From positions 256,001-320,000 of the forward strand of contig CAVRJO010000002.1 in the NCBI GenBank assembly GCA_963722255.1: a stretch of 64,000 nucleotides of DNA, written 5' to 3'. This DNA is from Candidatus Babeliales bacterium (GTDB lineage: Bacteria; Babelota; Babeliae; Babelales; JANWKD01). A model generated the notes under the pieces. It saw only the letters and a list, made by a program, of their open reading frames with translations. It was not told where the DNA came from and did no database searches. The translations under genes and the position numbers were made by a program. Positions 48,556 through 58,734 of this stretch are shown piece after piece (within the stretch, counting starts at the first letter, position 1; each line of letters starts with the position of its first letter).

Positions 48556-50127
48556 TTAAGTATGATTATTTAATTTTTTGATCACAAAATCAAGATCTAA
48601 AACATTATTATTGCAATTAAAAGCTAAGCCAATTAACGTGATTTTTTTATTCTGAAACAGATACTTTTGATAATACTCTTTTTCTTCAATTTGTTGCAAT
48701 GCACGCTCTGCTGTGTCATCCGCTTTTATTTCAAATATGTAAATATTTGATTGTGTTTGAATTACAGCATCGATTCTACCCTTATTGGTAGAAACTTCTG
48801 ATTGTATATTTGTGCCAAGCATACTGAAAACTAGTTGAAAAATTGTGTGATAATCTGCTTCTTTTTTCCGTGCATATAATTGATAGGGAACATGAGCAAA
48901 CAATGTTTGTAAGAGTATACAAAATTGTTTCATATCATCTTTATTAAGAGCAGTAATTAGTTGAGTTGTTATGGTTTCAATGCTTGAAACTTCATTGTGA
49001 GTAATAGCTGCTAATAGATAACTCTTAAATGATTCACGAACCTCTACATTCGGGTAGTCGAGGGTAAACTGTTGCAATGTTTCATCATACTTTTTAATGG
49101 TAAGGTAACCTGTTTCAAATAGTAAGGGTAGTAAAGGAATATCAGTAACTTCAAATGTCCTATCAAGCGCTTGTTTGCTTATAATACTATTTTTCTCAAG
49201 CTCAGAAGCTTCAGCTATTTTTTTACGCATAATATGTACTAAAAAGGATGGCGTTCCCGATTTAAACCAATAATTATTAAAACTAAAATCATGCAAGCAA
49301 TAAAGAACTGAAAAGGGATTATAGACTTTTATATTAGCTTCACAAAATCGGTAACCATTATACCATTGTTGCAATTTTGTAAAAATGTCAGGTGTTGTGG
49401 TTTTTGTTTTTTTAGCAAAAGCAGCTACGTAGTCATCAAAATAAAAGGGAAGTTCTGTTTGTGTGTATCCAAAAAGCTGTGATGTTTCTGGTTTAAGAGA
49501 AATATCATTTAAATTGTTCATGCCGGAAAAAACAGAAGTCCTTGCAAACTTAGTGACTCCTGTAATAAAAATGGCTTGCAAATATGCATCAAGACTTTTA
49601 ATGGTAGCATACAAACTATGTAAGATTGCTTGTTGCTCTTGTGCTTCTTTAATATTATGCAAATGATCAAGCATTGGTTTATCGTATTCATCAACAAGAA
49701 TTACAACTTTACTGCGTTGTGATAAAGCGATAATTAATTGATCAAGAGCGCTCTCAGGAAAATTACTCAAAGTAATATTTAATGAATAGTTATCTGCAAT
49801 CTGTTGAAGATGTCTTACCAGTTCTTGCTCTAATTGTTGAGGTGTTCTATGAGCAATGCGTGAAAAATCCAAATGAATAACTGGATATTCAGTCCATTGA
49901 TAATCGCTCGATCCAATACGCAAATTTTCAAAAAGTTTTTTATTTCCTGAAAAAAGTTCTTTAAGTGTTGATATAAACAAGGATTTACCAAAACGTCGAG
50001 GCCTCGATAAAAAATAATATCCTTTTTCTTTCACCAAAGGATATATAAATTGAGTTTTATCTATATACAGATAATTCCCCGTTATCATTTCTTCAAAGTT
50101 ACTTACAAAAATTGGCAGTTTTTTCAT
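48556..50127 (-). CDS. AAA-ATPase-like protein with C-terminal PD-(D/E)XK nuclease domain
   Basis: YIDKT, LSRPRRFGKSL, LVDEYDKP, WYNGY, GRID..IFEIK..ALQQI..K.Y. Confidence 0.92.
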   Translation of the reverse strand: MKKLPIFVSNFEEMITGNYLYIDKTQFIYPLVKEKGYYFLSRPRRFGKSLFISTLKELFSGNKKLFENLRIGSSDYQWTEYPVIHLDFSRIAHRTPQQLEQELVRHLQQIADNYSLNITLSNFPESALDQLIIALSQRSKVVILVDEYDKPMLDHLHNIKEAQEQQAILHSLYATIKSLDAYLQAIFITGVTKFARTSVFSGMNNLNDISLKPETSQLFGYTQTELPFYFDDYVAAFAKKTKTTTPDIFTKLQQWYNGYRFCEANIKVYNPFSVLYCLHDFSFNNYWFKSGTPSFLVHIMRKKIAEASELEKNSIISKQALDRTFEVTDIPLLPLLFETGYLTIKKYDETLQQFTLDYPNVEVRESFKSYLLAAITHNEVSSIETITTQLITALNKDDMKQFCILLQTLFAHVPYQLYARKKEADYHTIFQLVFSMLGTNIQSEVSTNKGRIDAVIQTQSNIYIFEIKADDTAERALQQIEEKEYYQKYLFQNKKITLIGLAFNCNNNVLDLDFVIKKLNNHT

Positions 50128-50311
50128 CGCGCACTCTAAACTGATTACTTTCAAAAATTTACTGTAATTCAAGTATTAGCACAGAATACTATGTTATTGT
50201 AACAAGATTTGTAAAAAGTTACAGTCTACTTCTTTTTTTGGTTCTCATCCATCAATTGGCTATAAATCTCACGAGATGCTAAACAAAATAGCATTCTTTA
50301 CTTTTTATTGT

Positions 50312-51145
50312 TTAAAAGCTCCCGCCAGGACGTGCGCATAAGGCATTATACAAATCATTGGGAATAGAGGCGAGCAGCTCAGCAACTTTTTGCCAACGCT
50401 TGGTAATATAGGCAACTGCTTGTTGATTTTTTATTGCTTCAACAATTTCTTGTGAAGCATCCTGTAATGACTCAACCCAATAAGCCTGTGGTAATTGGTT
50501 AAAATCAATATCATCTCTACTGTTAACCCAACCGGGAACAATGTCAGTAACGACAATTGGAATACCTCTTTGCAAATATTTATTTCGTTCAGCTTCTAAA
50601 TAACGAGAACAAAACGCTTTAGCCGCTGAATATGGTGGATGAGAAGCCACTCCATGGAGCCCATCTATTGATGAAAAACCAACCAAATGGCCATGGCCTT
50701 GTCTTTCAAAAAAATTTAGCCCCGTTCTTGCTAGAGCAAAAAAACCTACAACATCAACTTGTAATACACACAATGAACCTCTCCAATCATTACTTTCAAA
50801 ATCCGCGTCCCAACCTCCCGTGCTGGCAAGTATCAGAAGATCAAGGCCGCCCATTTGTATGATCAGCTCATTCAGCTTTTCTACTGCCTCTTCAGGTTTT
50901 GAAACATCAATATAGGCACTATATGTTTGCGAAGGAATTTCTTGCTGGATTCTTTCTAACAGTGAAATTCTGCGCGCAGCCATGCCAACAATATACCCAT
51001 CGGCTGCAAGGAGTTTTGCAACTTCTTTTCCCATTCCGGAGCTTGCTCCAATAACAATTGCTCTTTTGGTGTGCGCATCAAGCAATGACATGATACTTAT
51101 TACTGCTATTACTAATGCACCTATGAGGATGTCCCTATTGCCCAT
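50312..51145 (-). CDS. Short-chain dehydrogenase/reductase
   Basis: GASSGMG Rossmann motif; YSAAK catalytic motif. Confidence 0.92.
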   Translation of the reverse strand: MGNRDILIGALVIAVISIMSLLDAHTKRAIVIGASSGMGKEVAKLLAADGYIVGMAARRISLLERIQQEIPSQTYSAYIDVSKPEEAVEKLNELIIQMGGLDLLILASTGGWDADFESNDWRGSLCVLQVDVVGFFALARTGLNFFERQGHGHLVGFSSIDGLHGVASHPPYSAAKAFCSRYLEAERNKYLQRGIPIVVTDIVPGWVNSRDDIDFNQLPQAYWVESLQDASQEIVEAIKNQQAVAYITKRWQKVAELLASIPNDLYNALCARPGGSF

Positions 51146-51318
51146 TACAATTCCCCCTGATTTTTTAGTTATTTTTTTATAACTATACTGATCTTTAATA
51201 GGGCGAAGCAATACTAGAAAATTTTTTTTGATATAATCGTCATTCTTGAATTAATTGAATGGTATGAAAAAGAAGAAGCGAATTCTAAGGATGATCAAGC
51301 TCTTCCCTTTTAAAAGTT

Positions 51319-51356
51319 ATAAAACCGGGGATGGCATTGCTGCTCCCCGGTTTATT
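51319..51356 (-). terminator. Intrinsic terminator
   Basis: ATAAAACCGGGGA/TCCCCGGTTTTAT inverted repeat. Confidence 0.65.
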
Positions 51357-51387
51357 TTAGTGTGCAAAAAAAAAGAGTCTTATTGTG

Positions 51388-52191
51388 CTATTGCTGAGCT
51401 TGTAATTTTTTTAATCTCTTTTTTTCTCTTTTTTCGCGTATCGATTCTTTTTTCTTTTCTGTCTTTTCTGCTCTCTCTTCTTTTTCTTTTTTCACTTGCT
51501 GTGCCGACTTTTTATACTCATGTGGTCTTGTATCGCCACGCGTTGTTCTAACTCTTTTTCCAGCTTTCTTGCTCAATGGCTGAACTTCTTGCATTTCACC
51601 TTTTGATGCTTTTTGTATTGGCAACGCTCTTGTTCTTTTGGAAACTTCTAAGGGTTTTGTTTGGCTCGGTAATTGACCCGCTATTCCCGTTGTTCTTTTT
51701 TTTGGTTGTAAAACTTTTGGCCCCACAATAGGCTCAACACTTCTGCTTGGATGAACCGGACGCAAATGTTTCATCAGTGTTTTAGGTTTTTTATAATTGA
51801 AAATATGGCCTTCTGCAATGTCCAAAAATTTGTTAGCGGCATCTATACCCATTTCTGACTTAATCGAATCGTATGAATCCTTTACGACTCTTGCAATTTG
51901 TTGCTCATTCTTAACCTTTAATAAATCACTATGATCTTGTTCCGGGTGATATCTAAGCTTTTTCAAATACGACAAAATGTGATGTCTATTTTTTGAATTT
52001 AATGTCTGATCTTCTCTTTCACTTTGTTTTAAATTTGCAAGTGCCTTCTCTAAGGTATCTATCGAAAGAGCTTTGTCCAAATTGCTTACATGCATTTGTA
52101 CTTGTTTACCTGCACCGCCGGCACAAAACAGTTGTAAGGGTACCACCAACACAACAATCGCTAAAACCTTTAAAAATTGTTTATTCTTCAT
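51388..52191 (-). CDS. Hypothetical secreted, highly basic protein
   Basis: AAGGAG RBS, signal peptide, Lys/Arg-rich C-terminal half. Confidence 0.72.
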   Translation of the reverse strand: MKNKQFLKVLAIVVLVVPLQLFCAGGAGKQVQMHVSNLDKALSIDTLEKALANLKQSEREDQTLNSKNRHHILSYLKKLRYHPEQDHSDLLKVKNEQQIARVVKDSYDSIKSEMGIDAANKFLDIAEGHIFNYKKPKTLMKHLRPVHPSRSVEPIVGPKVLQPKKRTTGIAGQLPSQTKPLEVSKRTRALPIQKASKGEMQEVQPLSKKAGKRVRTTRGDTRPHEYKKSAQQVKKEKEERAEKTEKKKESIREKREKKRLKKLQAQQ

Positions 52192-52280
52192 AAAACTCCT
52201 TTTTAAATAAACAAACAAACTATTCTAGGTTTTAAACTAACACTCTTATATTTTTAATTGCAATATGTTTTATAATTTTT

Positions 52281-53593
52281 TTAAATTTTTACTGTTTTAA
52301 GATTTATTCCCAACCACCGATCAAAGATAATGGCAGCAGCGGAACGAACCGATAAATGATTGAAATCAGAAAAGCCTTCAAGAGGTAATAATAAGAAATC
52401 GCATCGTTCGATAACCGATGGAGCAAGGCCACGACCTGTGCCAAAAATCATAAGTACTGGACGATCAAGTTTCCATACTTTAGATTGATCAAAATAAGTT
52501 ATAGAAGGAGCACCTTTTTCATCAGATCGAGCCGAAGTTGCTATAAGTAAAGGTTTTTTACCCTCAATTTTTTCAATCTCATCAATAACATTCTGTAAAG
52601 AATCAACAACCTCTACCTTGCGAACCGCCTCATGTCTATTGGTATTGTATTCAACACCAATGCCCGTTTTCCAAAACTCAAGTAGTTTGTTTGTTATTCT
52701 TTGTTGATCTATCAAAGGCGTTACTATAAAATATCCCTTCAATCCATAGGTACATGCAGAACGTGCAATATCATGAATATCAAGTGAGGTAACGGACGTT
52801 GTGCCAATTTGATCACCCGGCAATACAATTTCATCATGCATTAAAGCACAATAATGGGAAGGCAAGAATGGTTGAGCAATTTTTAATTGCTGATCAGTAA
52901 GTTCATGAGAACGTAGCCAATCAAAATGGTATTTTACCGTCTTTTCAGCAGCTTTTTGCTCACGCCATTGAGCTATCTTCTCATGATTTCCCGAACGAAT
53001 AATCTCAGGTACTTCTCGTTCATTCCATACAACAGGCATGTATATTCAGGATAATCGACAAAAGGGCCGGAGAATGATTCACGTTCAATAGATTCTTGGT
53101 TACCAACAACTCCGGGCAAAAGGCGAACGATACCTTCAAGCAAAACCATAGCAGGTAAATCACCTGCCATGATTACAAAATCACCGAGTGAAATAACAAG
53201 ATCTGCATATTCCTGCTCAACACGCTCATCCATTCCTTCATAACGAGCAGGAAGTAACATAAGATGTTTTGTTTCCTGAGTTTTTTCAACAATTTCTTGA
53301 ACTAGCAAGTTTGATCTAATTTTTGTCCTTGAGGTGAAAAAAAAATTTTGAAAGACGGCCCATAAAGAGCATCCTTTTGCATAATAAACTTTTGTATGAG
53401 ATCAGGCCTTAACAACATTCCAGGACCTGGACCGAATGTTGGAGAATCAATTCTCTCTTTTGGTTGCACATACGAAAAGTATGATGCTATATCAAAATGC
53501 ACAAGCCCATTCTGCTGAGAACGACCGATTAAACTCGTTCTTAAAAAATGCATCATAGAGTTCTGGGAAAACGGTAATAAGAGAAATATTCAC
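52281..53593 (-). CDS. trmD: tRNA (m1G37) methyltransferase fused to a DUF2168-type SPOUT domain (three apparent frameshifts)
   Basis: ISLITVFPELY, D..FG.GPGML, SPQG, RYEGMDERV, SLGDFV, GVVGN..S..ESF, SGNH..I..WR; then TTSVTSLDIHDIARS..YG..FNHLSVRSA. Confidence 0.88.
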
Positions 53594-53827
53594 TGTTGCG
53601 TACTATCTAAGTTAATTTCAATATTTTCATGAGGTTCTATGCAATTCACCATAGAACGAATTGCTCGAACAACACGACCTTCTTTACCAATAACTTTTTT
53701 AAGATCATGAGCAGCAACTCTAATGTCCAAAGTCTTTTTATCTCCGTCATGGCGTTCAGTAACAACAACCAATTCAGGTTTATCAACTAACTGTTTGATA
53801 ATGCATTCTACTAAGTTTTTTAAGCAT
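53590..53827 (-). CDS. khpA: KH-domain RNA-binding protein (one extra A near the 5' end)
   Basis: LVDKPE..DLKKVIGKEGR..RAIR; position between rpsP and trmD. Confidence 0.85.
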
Positions 53828-53848
53828 TATATCCTAATGTTAATATCA

Positions 53849-54103
53849 TTACGCAGCAGCAGGCTTTTGCTTAGCATATATTTTTTGCAACTTCACAACT
53901 GATTCTGTAGGTATCGCGCCTTGAGAAATCCAGTGAGTAATACGATCTTGATGAAATTGAATAATTTCTCCTGTTAAAGGATTATAAGTACCCAAATCTT
54001 CAATAAATTGACCATCTCGTTTTCTACGAGAGTCTATTGCCACAATACGATAAAACGGAGCCTTTTTTTTCCCAATGCGGGACATGCGAATTTTAACGGC
54101 CAT
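53849..54103 (-). CDS. rpsP: 30S ribosomal protein S16
   Basis: MAVKIRMSRIGKKKAPFYRIVAIDSR..RDG.FIE.LGTYNP. Confidence 0.97.
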   Translation of the reverse strand: MAVKIRMSRIGKKKAPFYRIVAIDSRRKRDGQFIEDLGTYNPLTGEIIQFHQDRITHWISQGAIPTESVVKLQKIYAKQKPAAA

Positions 54104-54150
54104 TCAAAAGTCCTTTCATAAATAATAATCTTGAATAGATAACATTCATT

Positions 54151-55488
54151 TTAATTAAAGCCTGGCAATTTACCTAACTTCTTAAAAAGCTTAACAAATT
54201 GCTGACTTTTTTCAAATCGATCTAAAAATTCATTAATATGTGTTACGGTTACTCCCGCTCCTTTAGCTATTCTTTCTTTCTTGAACCGTTCAGAATAGCA
54301 GGACACAATTTTTCCTTATTGGTCATTGAACTTATGATAGCTCGAAATCTTTTAATCTCTTTTTCGCCTTTTTCAATCATTTCTGGAGTAATTTATTTTG
54401 ACCTACACCTGGCATATAATTAATAATATTGCGATAAAGAGCCTATTTTATTCATCATTTCAATTGCTGAGCAAAATCTAACAAACTTATCTTGCCTTGC
54501 TGAAATGATTTTTCTAAAGCATCTTTATCTGATTGTTTAATCTTTTCTTCCGCTTTTTCAATCAAACTCTGAATATCACCCATACCAAGAATTCTGGACT
54601 AGCCATACGATCAGGTCTACAAAACTCTAAGTCACCAATTTTTTCACCCGCACCAATGAATACTATTGGTTTTTTCATAGTATAGCGAAAAGCAAAAGCG
54701 GCTCCTCCACGAGTATCACTATCAATTTTGGTCAATATAGCACCGCCAAAACTAACCGATTCTTCAAATAATTGTGCTACCCTTAATGACTCTTGACCCG
54801 TCATAGCATCCAAAACCAAATACTTATACTTAGGATTGAGCCTAGAATCTATAGTTTTCAACTCTTGCAATAAAGCTGTATCAATATGCATGCGTCCTGC
54901 TGTATCCAAAAATAAAAGCTCATAACCGTTTTTCTTGTAATAAGCTTGGATATCAAGTGCTGCAGCACAAGGATCTTGTAACGGAGATCGATAGAAATCA
55001 GCACCGATCTGTTTTGCTAAAATTTCAAGCTGATCAAGAGCCGCCGGCCGATAAAAATCGACTGATGCAAGCAAAATTTTTCTGTTTTTCCCACGTTTTT
55101 CAGCTTGTTTTTGAGCAAAATATGCTAACTTTGCAATGGTAGTCGTTTTACCCGACCCTTGCAGTCCCATAAGCATGATAACTGAAGGAATTTGAAAAGT
55201 AAGCGATTCGGTTCCTTGAGATCCACCCAAAAAAGCAACCATTTTATCATGAATAATCTTTATAAGATGTTCACCCGGCTTCAAAGTGGCCGTAAACACC
55301 TTTTGACCTACTACTTCATCTGAAACTTCTTTGAGAAATGTTTCGACCAAGGCATAAGGAACATCCGCCTCTAAAAGCGCATCATGCACCTTTTGTAAGG
55401 TTTCCTTCATATTGCTTTCAGTAAGTTTACTTTGACCTGTTAACCTCGAAAAAAGATTAGAAAACTTATTGGATAAAAAATCAAACAT
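54151..55488 (-). CDS. ffh: Signal recognition particle protein Ffh (about four indels in the M-domain region)
   Basis: ALLEADV, GLQGSGKTTT, DTAGR, DAMTGQ. After correcting shifts: RILGMGD..MPG..IISSMT..GSRKKRIAKGAG. Confidence 0.93.
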
Positions 55489-55581
55489 TGTTTACAAATA
55501 CCTATTAAAAAAATTTTTTTCAATTACAATGGTATAAACAGTTTATCAAAAATAGCTAAATGCACAACTAAAGGAATATTC

Positions 55582-55908
55582 ATGAAAAGGATCCCATTAG
55601 CCATTTTTTTATTCATGACAATGCAATCTTTAAGCGCAATGGAAAAGTATATACATCACCAACCTCATGCATGTACACCTTCAAAGCACACAAAAGAAGC
55701 CCAATCGTTCACAGAAGACAACCCCGGATCTTGCTGTTTTTGTGGCTTGGTAACCTGTACCTGCTTTACGGGTGTGGGAACCTGTTTATCATTAACCCAT
55801 TCAGCCCCAATGGTTACCCTAGCAGCATGGACATGCTGTTTTGGCACCTCATTGTATGTTCTTAAAGAAATCGCACTAGCATACTGGGAAGATAAAAAGG
55901 ATCAATAA
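55582..55908 (+). CDS. Small secreted Cys-rich membrane protein
   Basis: AAGGA RBS; signal peptide ending SAME; CCFC..C.C...C..CC in hydrophobic segments. Confidence 0.7.
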   Translation: MKRIPLAIFLFMTMQSLSAMEKYIHHQPHACTPSKHTKEAQSFTEDNPGSCCFCGLVTCTCFTGVGTCLSLTHSAPMVTLAAWTCCFGTSLYVLKEIALAYWEDKKDQ

Positions 55909-56085
55909 CTATAAGCATAAAGATACAAAAACAGCCAATCTAGCCAAAATATTCAGCCTGAATTACTTTTAGTCCTATGATATTGACAATTTTACAAAAA
56001 TACCTATTATTAATACTATACTGCTACTATACTCTCCCTATAAATGAGAGCATTTTAGACATTTAATGAACCACTAAATGGAAGA

Positions 56086-57372
56086 ATGGATATGAAATTA
56101 GCACGCTATCTTTTACCCGCTTTTCTTGCTATACCAGCTTTGGGGCTTCTTATAGTGCCTTCAACTATAACGAGTAATTTTCACTATTCATTGGTAAAGT
56201 TCATTACTAAAAAAGTTAAACCTACTCTTTTTATTCCGACCCTTACAAGCATTAATGCTCTTACTATGTATAATTTTTCTACAGAGCTTCAAGAAAACAA
56301 TTCTAAAGCAACAACCATTCAAGAGCTTGCCGTTGCTGTTCATAGCGACTATACAAGCATACAAGATGGTATTTCTCTTTCAATAAACTCATCGCACGAA
56401 CCAACGAAATATTGTTCTATCTATAAAGGTGTGCATATACCCGATAAAAGCCCTTGCATTACGGTTTACTCACGCGGATTTGCCCGAGAATCAAGGCCCT
56501 TAAATCCTACCTCTAATGACTCATACTATAATAAAATATTAAATTCGATCGTGCCTGGCTTTCAGCCCCAAGGATTACCTCAAAAAGGTGGTGGCGCTAT
56601 TTGTGCTTATGCCACTATTCGCGAAAACCTTATTCATTCCCCCTGCATTAGTTTTGACTATCCAGATACACGCCTTTCTGCTAATTATGCTCAAACAGTA
56701 GATCTACAATGCTTGACAACAATATTAAGTAAGATTCCTCAAGATAAAAAAATTGTTCAGATAGGAGCAAGCCGTGGCGCAACCGTCTTACTCAAACATG
56801 AACTTCTTAATAAAACAGAGAGGCATCCTGCAGCATTAGTTCTAGAATCGCCCTTTTTAAGTCTTAAAGATACCGTCATGCGTCTTATAAAAAAGACTCT
56901 TTATAATATTCCAATTCCTTCATTTTTAGTTTTAACTGCATTCAACTGGCTCTACCCGCAATACAATGCTAAAGAAGATAACCTGCAGGAGCTCCTCTTA
57001 AATATCAATAAAGATGTCCCCATTTTTATTGTACATCTCAAAGATGATCCCTATGTATCAAATGAATCTATGTTTTGCTTGGTAAACACACTTGCTCAGG
57101 TAAATAAAGAAATTCATCTTCTTGTTCTTAATGATCCATCAAAAAAAGCTCGACATGGAAAGCTCAATATCATGAAACCTTTTCAGCAAGCAGCAAATGC
57201 CTTTTATAAAAAGTATGAGCTTCCTTGCAATGAAGAATTAGCTACAGAAGGCGCAACACTTCTTGACGATGCTAAAAAAAATGCGGAAGCATCTTCTATT
57301 CAAGAATGGATATTCACTCAATGCTTCGAACATCCTACCAAAGAGCATGAATTTTATTTAAAAGATAAATAA
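56086..57372 (+). CDS. Alpha/beta-hydrolase-like protein
   Basis: GASRGA nucleophile elbow, LVLESPF, DDP and H positions. Confidence 0.75.
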   Translation: MDMKLARYLLPAFLAIPALGLLIVPSTITSNFHYSLVKFITKKVKPTLFIPTLTSINALTMYNFSTELQENNSKATTIQELAVAVHSDYTSIQDGISLSINSSHEPTKYCSIYKGVHIPDKSPCITVYSRGFARESRPLNPTSNDSYYNKILNSIVPGFQPQGLPQKGGGAICAYATIRENLIHSPCISFDYPDTRLSANYAQTVDLQCLTTILSKIPQDKKIVQIGASRGATVLLKHELLNKTERHPAALVLESPFLSLKDTVMRLIKKTLYNIPIPSFLVLTAFNWLYPQYNAKEDNLQELLLNINKDVPIFIVHLKDDPYVSNESMFCLVNTLAQVNKEIHLLVLNDPSKKARHGKLNIMKPFQQAANAFYKKYELPCNEELATEGATLLDDAKKNAEASSIQEWIFTQCFEHPTKEHEFYLKDK

Positions 57373-57472
57373 CATAATTCTTTTTAGGACAAGCGTGTAC
57401 ATTTTTTTTAACAAATGTACACTAGATTATAATGATTTCACGTAACCTCATACTATTACTTATTGGATTTTT

Positions 57473-58588
57473 ATGACTAGACCCGCACTTAGTTTTGAAG
57501 AATTTCGTCCCAAAATACTTTTGGTTGGCATTCATGCGCCTTATAACCATACTTCCAATATCCAAGCGTATTATGATGAATTTATTAAATTAGTAGAATC
57601 AGATAATTTAAGATACGATGAAACGCTCTTTTTCAAACTTCGTGAAATTGACGCAAGCACGTTTGTCACCAAAGGAAAATTAGAAGAGATCGCTGAACTG
57701 TGCGATAAAGAAAATATCGATGAAATAATTTTTTCAGAACCTTTATCACCACAACAAGAACGGAATTTGCGGGATTATCTTCATCGAAAAGTTTTCGATC
57801 GCAATCAGCTCATTTTAGAAATTTTTGAAAAAAATGCACATTCTGCTGAAGGAAAGATGCAGGTTCAAATCGCTATGCTTCAGCACAAAAAATCTCGCCT
57901 TGCCGGTAAAGGAGTGACGCTCGGACAACAAAAAGGTAAAGGTGCAATTGGCGGAGCCGGTGAAACAGGAAAAGAACGTGAACGGCGGCATATAGAAGAA
58001 GAGATCTTAAAAATTAAACGACATCTGCTCAAATTAGAGCAAACTAAAGAAACACAACGCAAACAGCGCCTAGGTAATAAAATGCCTTTAGTATGCCTCA
58101 TTGGTTATACAAATGCGGGAAAATCTACTATTCTCAATGCCCTTACCAAAAGTGATGTTTTAGCCGAAGATCGTCTATTTGCAACGCTAGACACGACAAC
58201 ACGCCAACTCTTTATTAATAGCAAGAAAAAGGGACTTATTTCAGATACTGTTGGTTTTATACAAATGCTTCCAACCAAACTTGTTGAAGCCTTTAAATCT
58301 ACCCTTTCTGAGCTTAAGTATGCCGATCTTTTATTACACGTTGTTGATCTTTCTGATAAGAGTTGGGAAAACCATATCAGCGTTGTGCAGGAAATTATTG
58401 CTGACTTAGATATTGAAAAACCTATTCTCTATGTCTTTAACAAAACTGATGAAGTTGAAATAACACCAGAACTTGAAACAGCTCTTAAAAATTATACGCC
58501 TCATGTATTAATTTCTGCTATTTCAGAAGATGGATTAGATGAACTTATTACGTTTCTTGATTCCTGGAAAAAAGATACCCAATTTTAG
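57473..58588 (+). CDS. hflX: GTPase HflX
   Basis: GKLEEI, LSPQQERNL, GYTNAGKST, LFATLDTT, DTVGFI, NKTD. Confidence 0.96.
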   Translation: MTRPALSFEEFRPKILLVGIHAPYNHTSNIQAYYDEFIKLVESDNLRYDETLFFKLREIDASTFVTKGKLEEIAELCDKENIDEIIFSEPLSPQQERNLRDYLHRKVFDRNQLILEIFEKNAHSAEGKMQVQIAMLQHKKSRLAGKGVTLGQQKGKGAIGGAGETGKERERRHIEEEILKIKRHLLKLEQTKETQRKQRLGNKMPLVCLIGYTNAGKSTILNALTKSDVLAEDRLFATLDTTTRQLFINSKKKGLISDTVGFIQMLPTKLVEAFKSTLSELKYADLLLHVVDLSDKSWENHISVVQEIIADLDIEKPILYVFNKTDEVEITPELETALKNYTPHVLISAISEDGLDELITFLDSWKKDTQF

Positions 58589-58734
58589 CATATCAATATT
58601 TTCATATAAGTAACAAATCATAGTTTTTATAGAGTGTGTATATAAAATTTTTTATACACCCTTCACACCATTATAAGAATATATTAAGGTAGGTGTAATT
58701 GTAAAAACTAAATTCTTGTTTTAAGGAGTTTTTT

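Noticed and set aside
29174..50172. Integron cassette array or prophage
   Set aside because: No integrase, attC-type repeats or phage genes; gene orientations are mixed.
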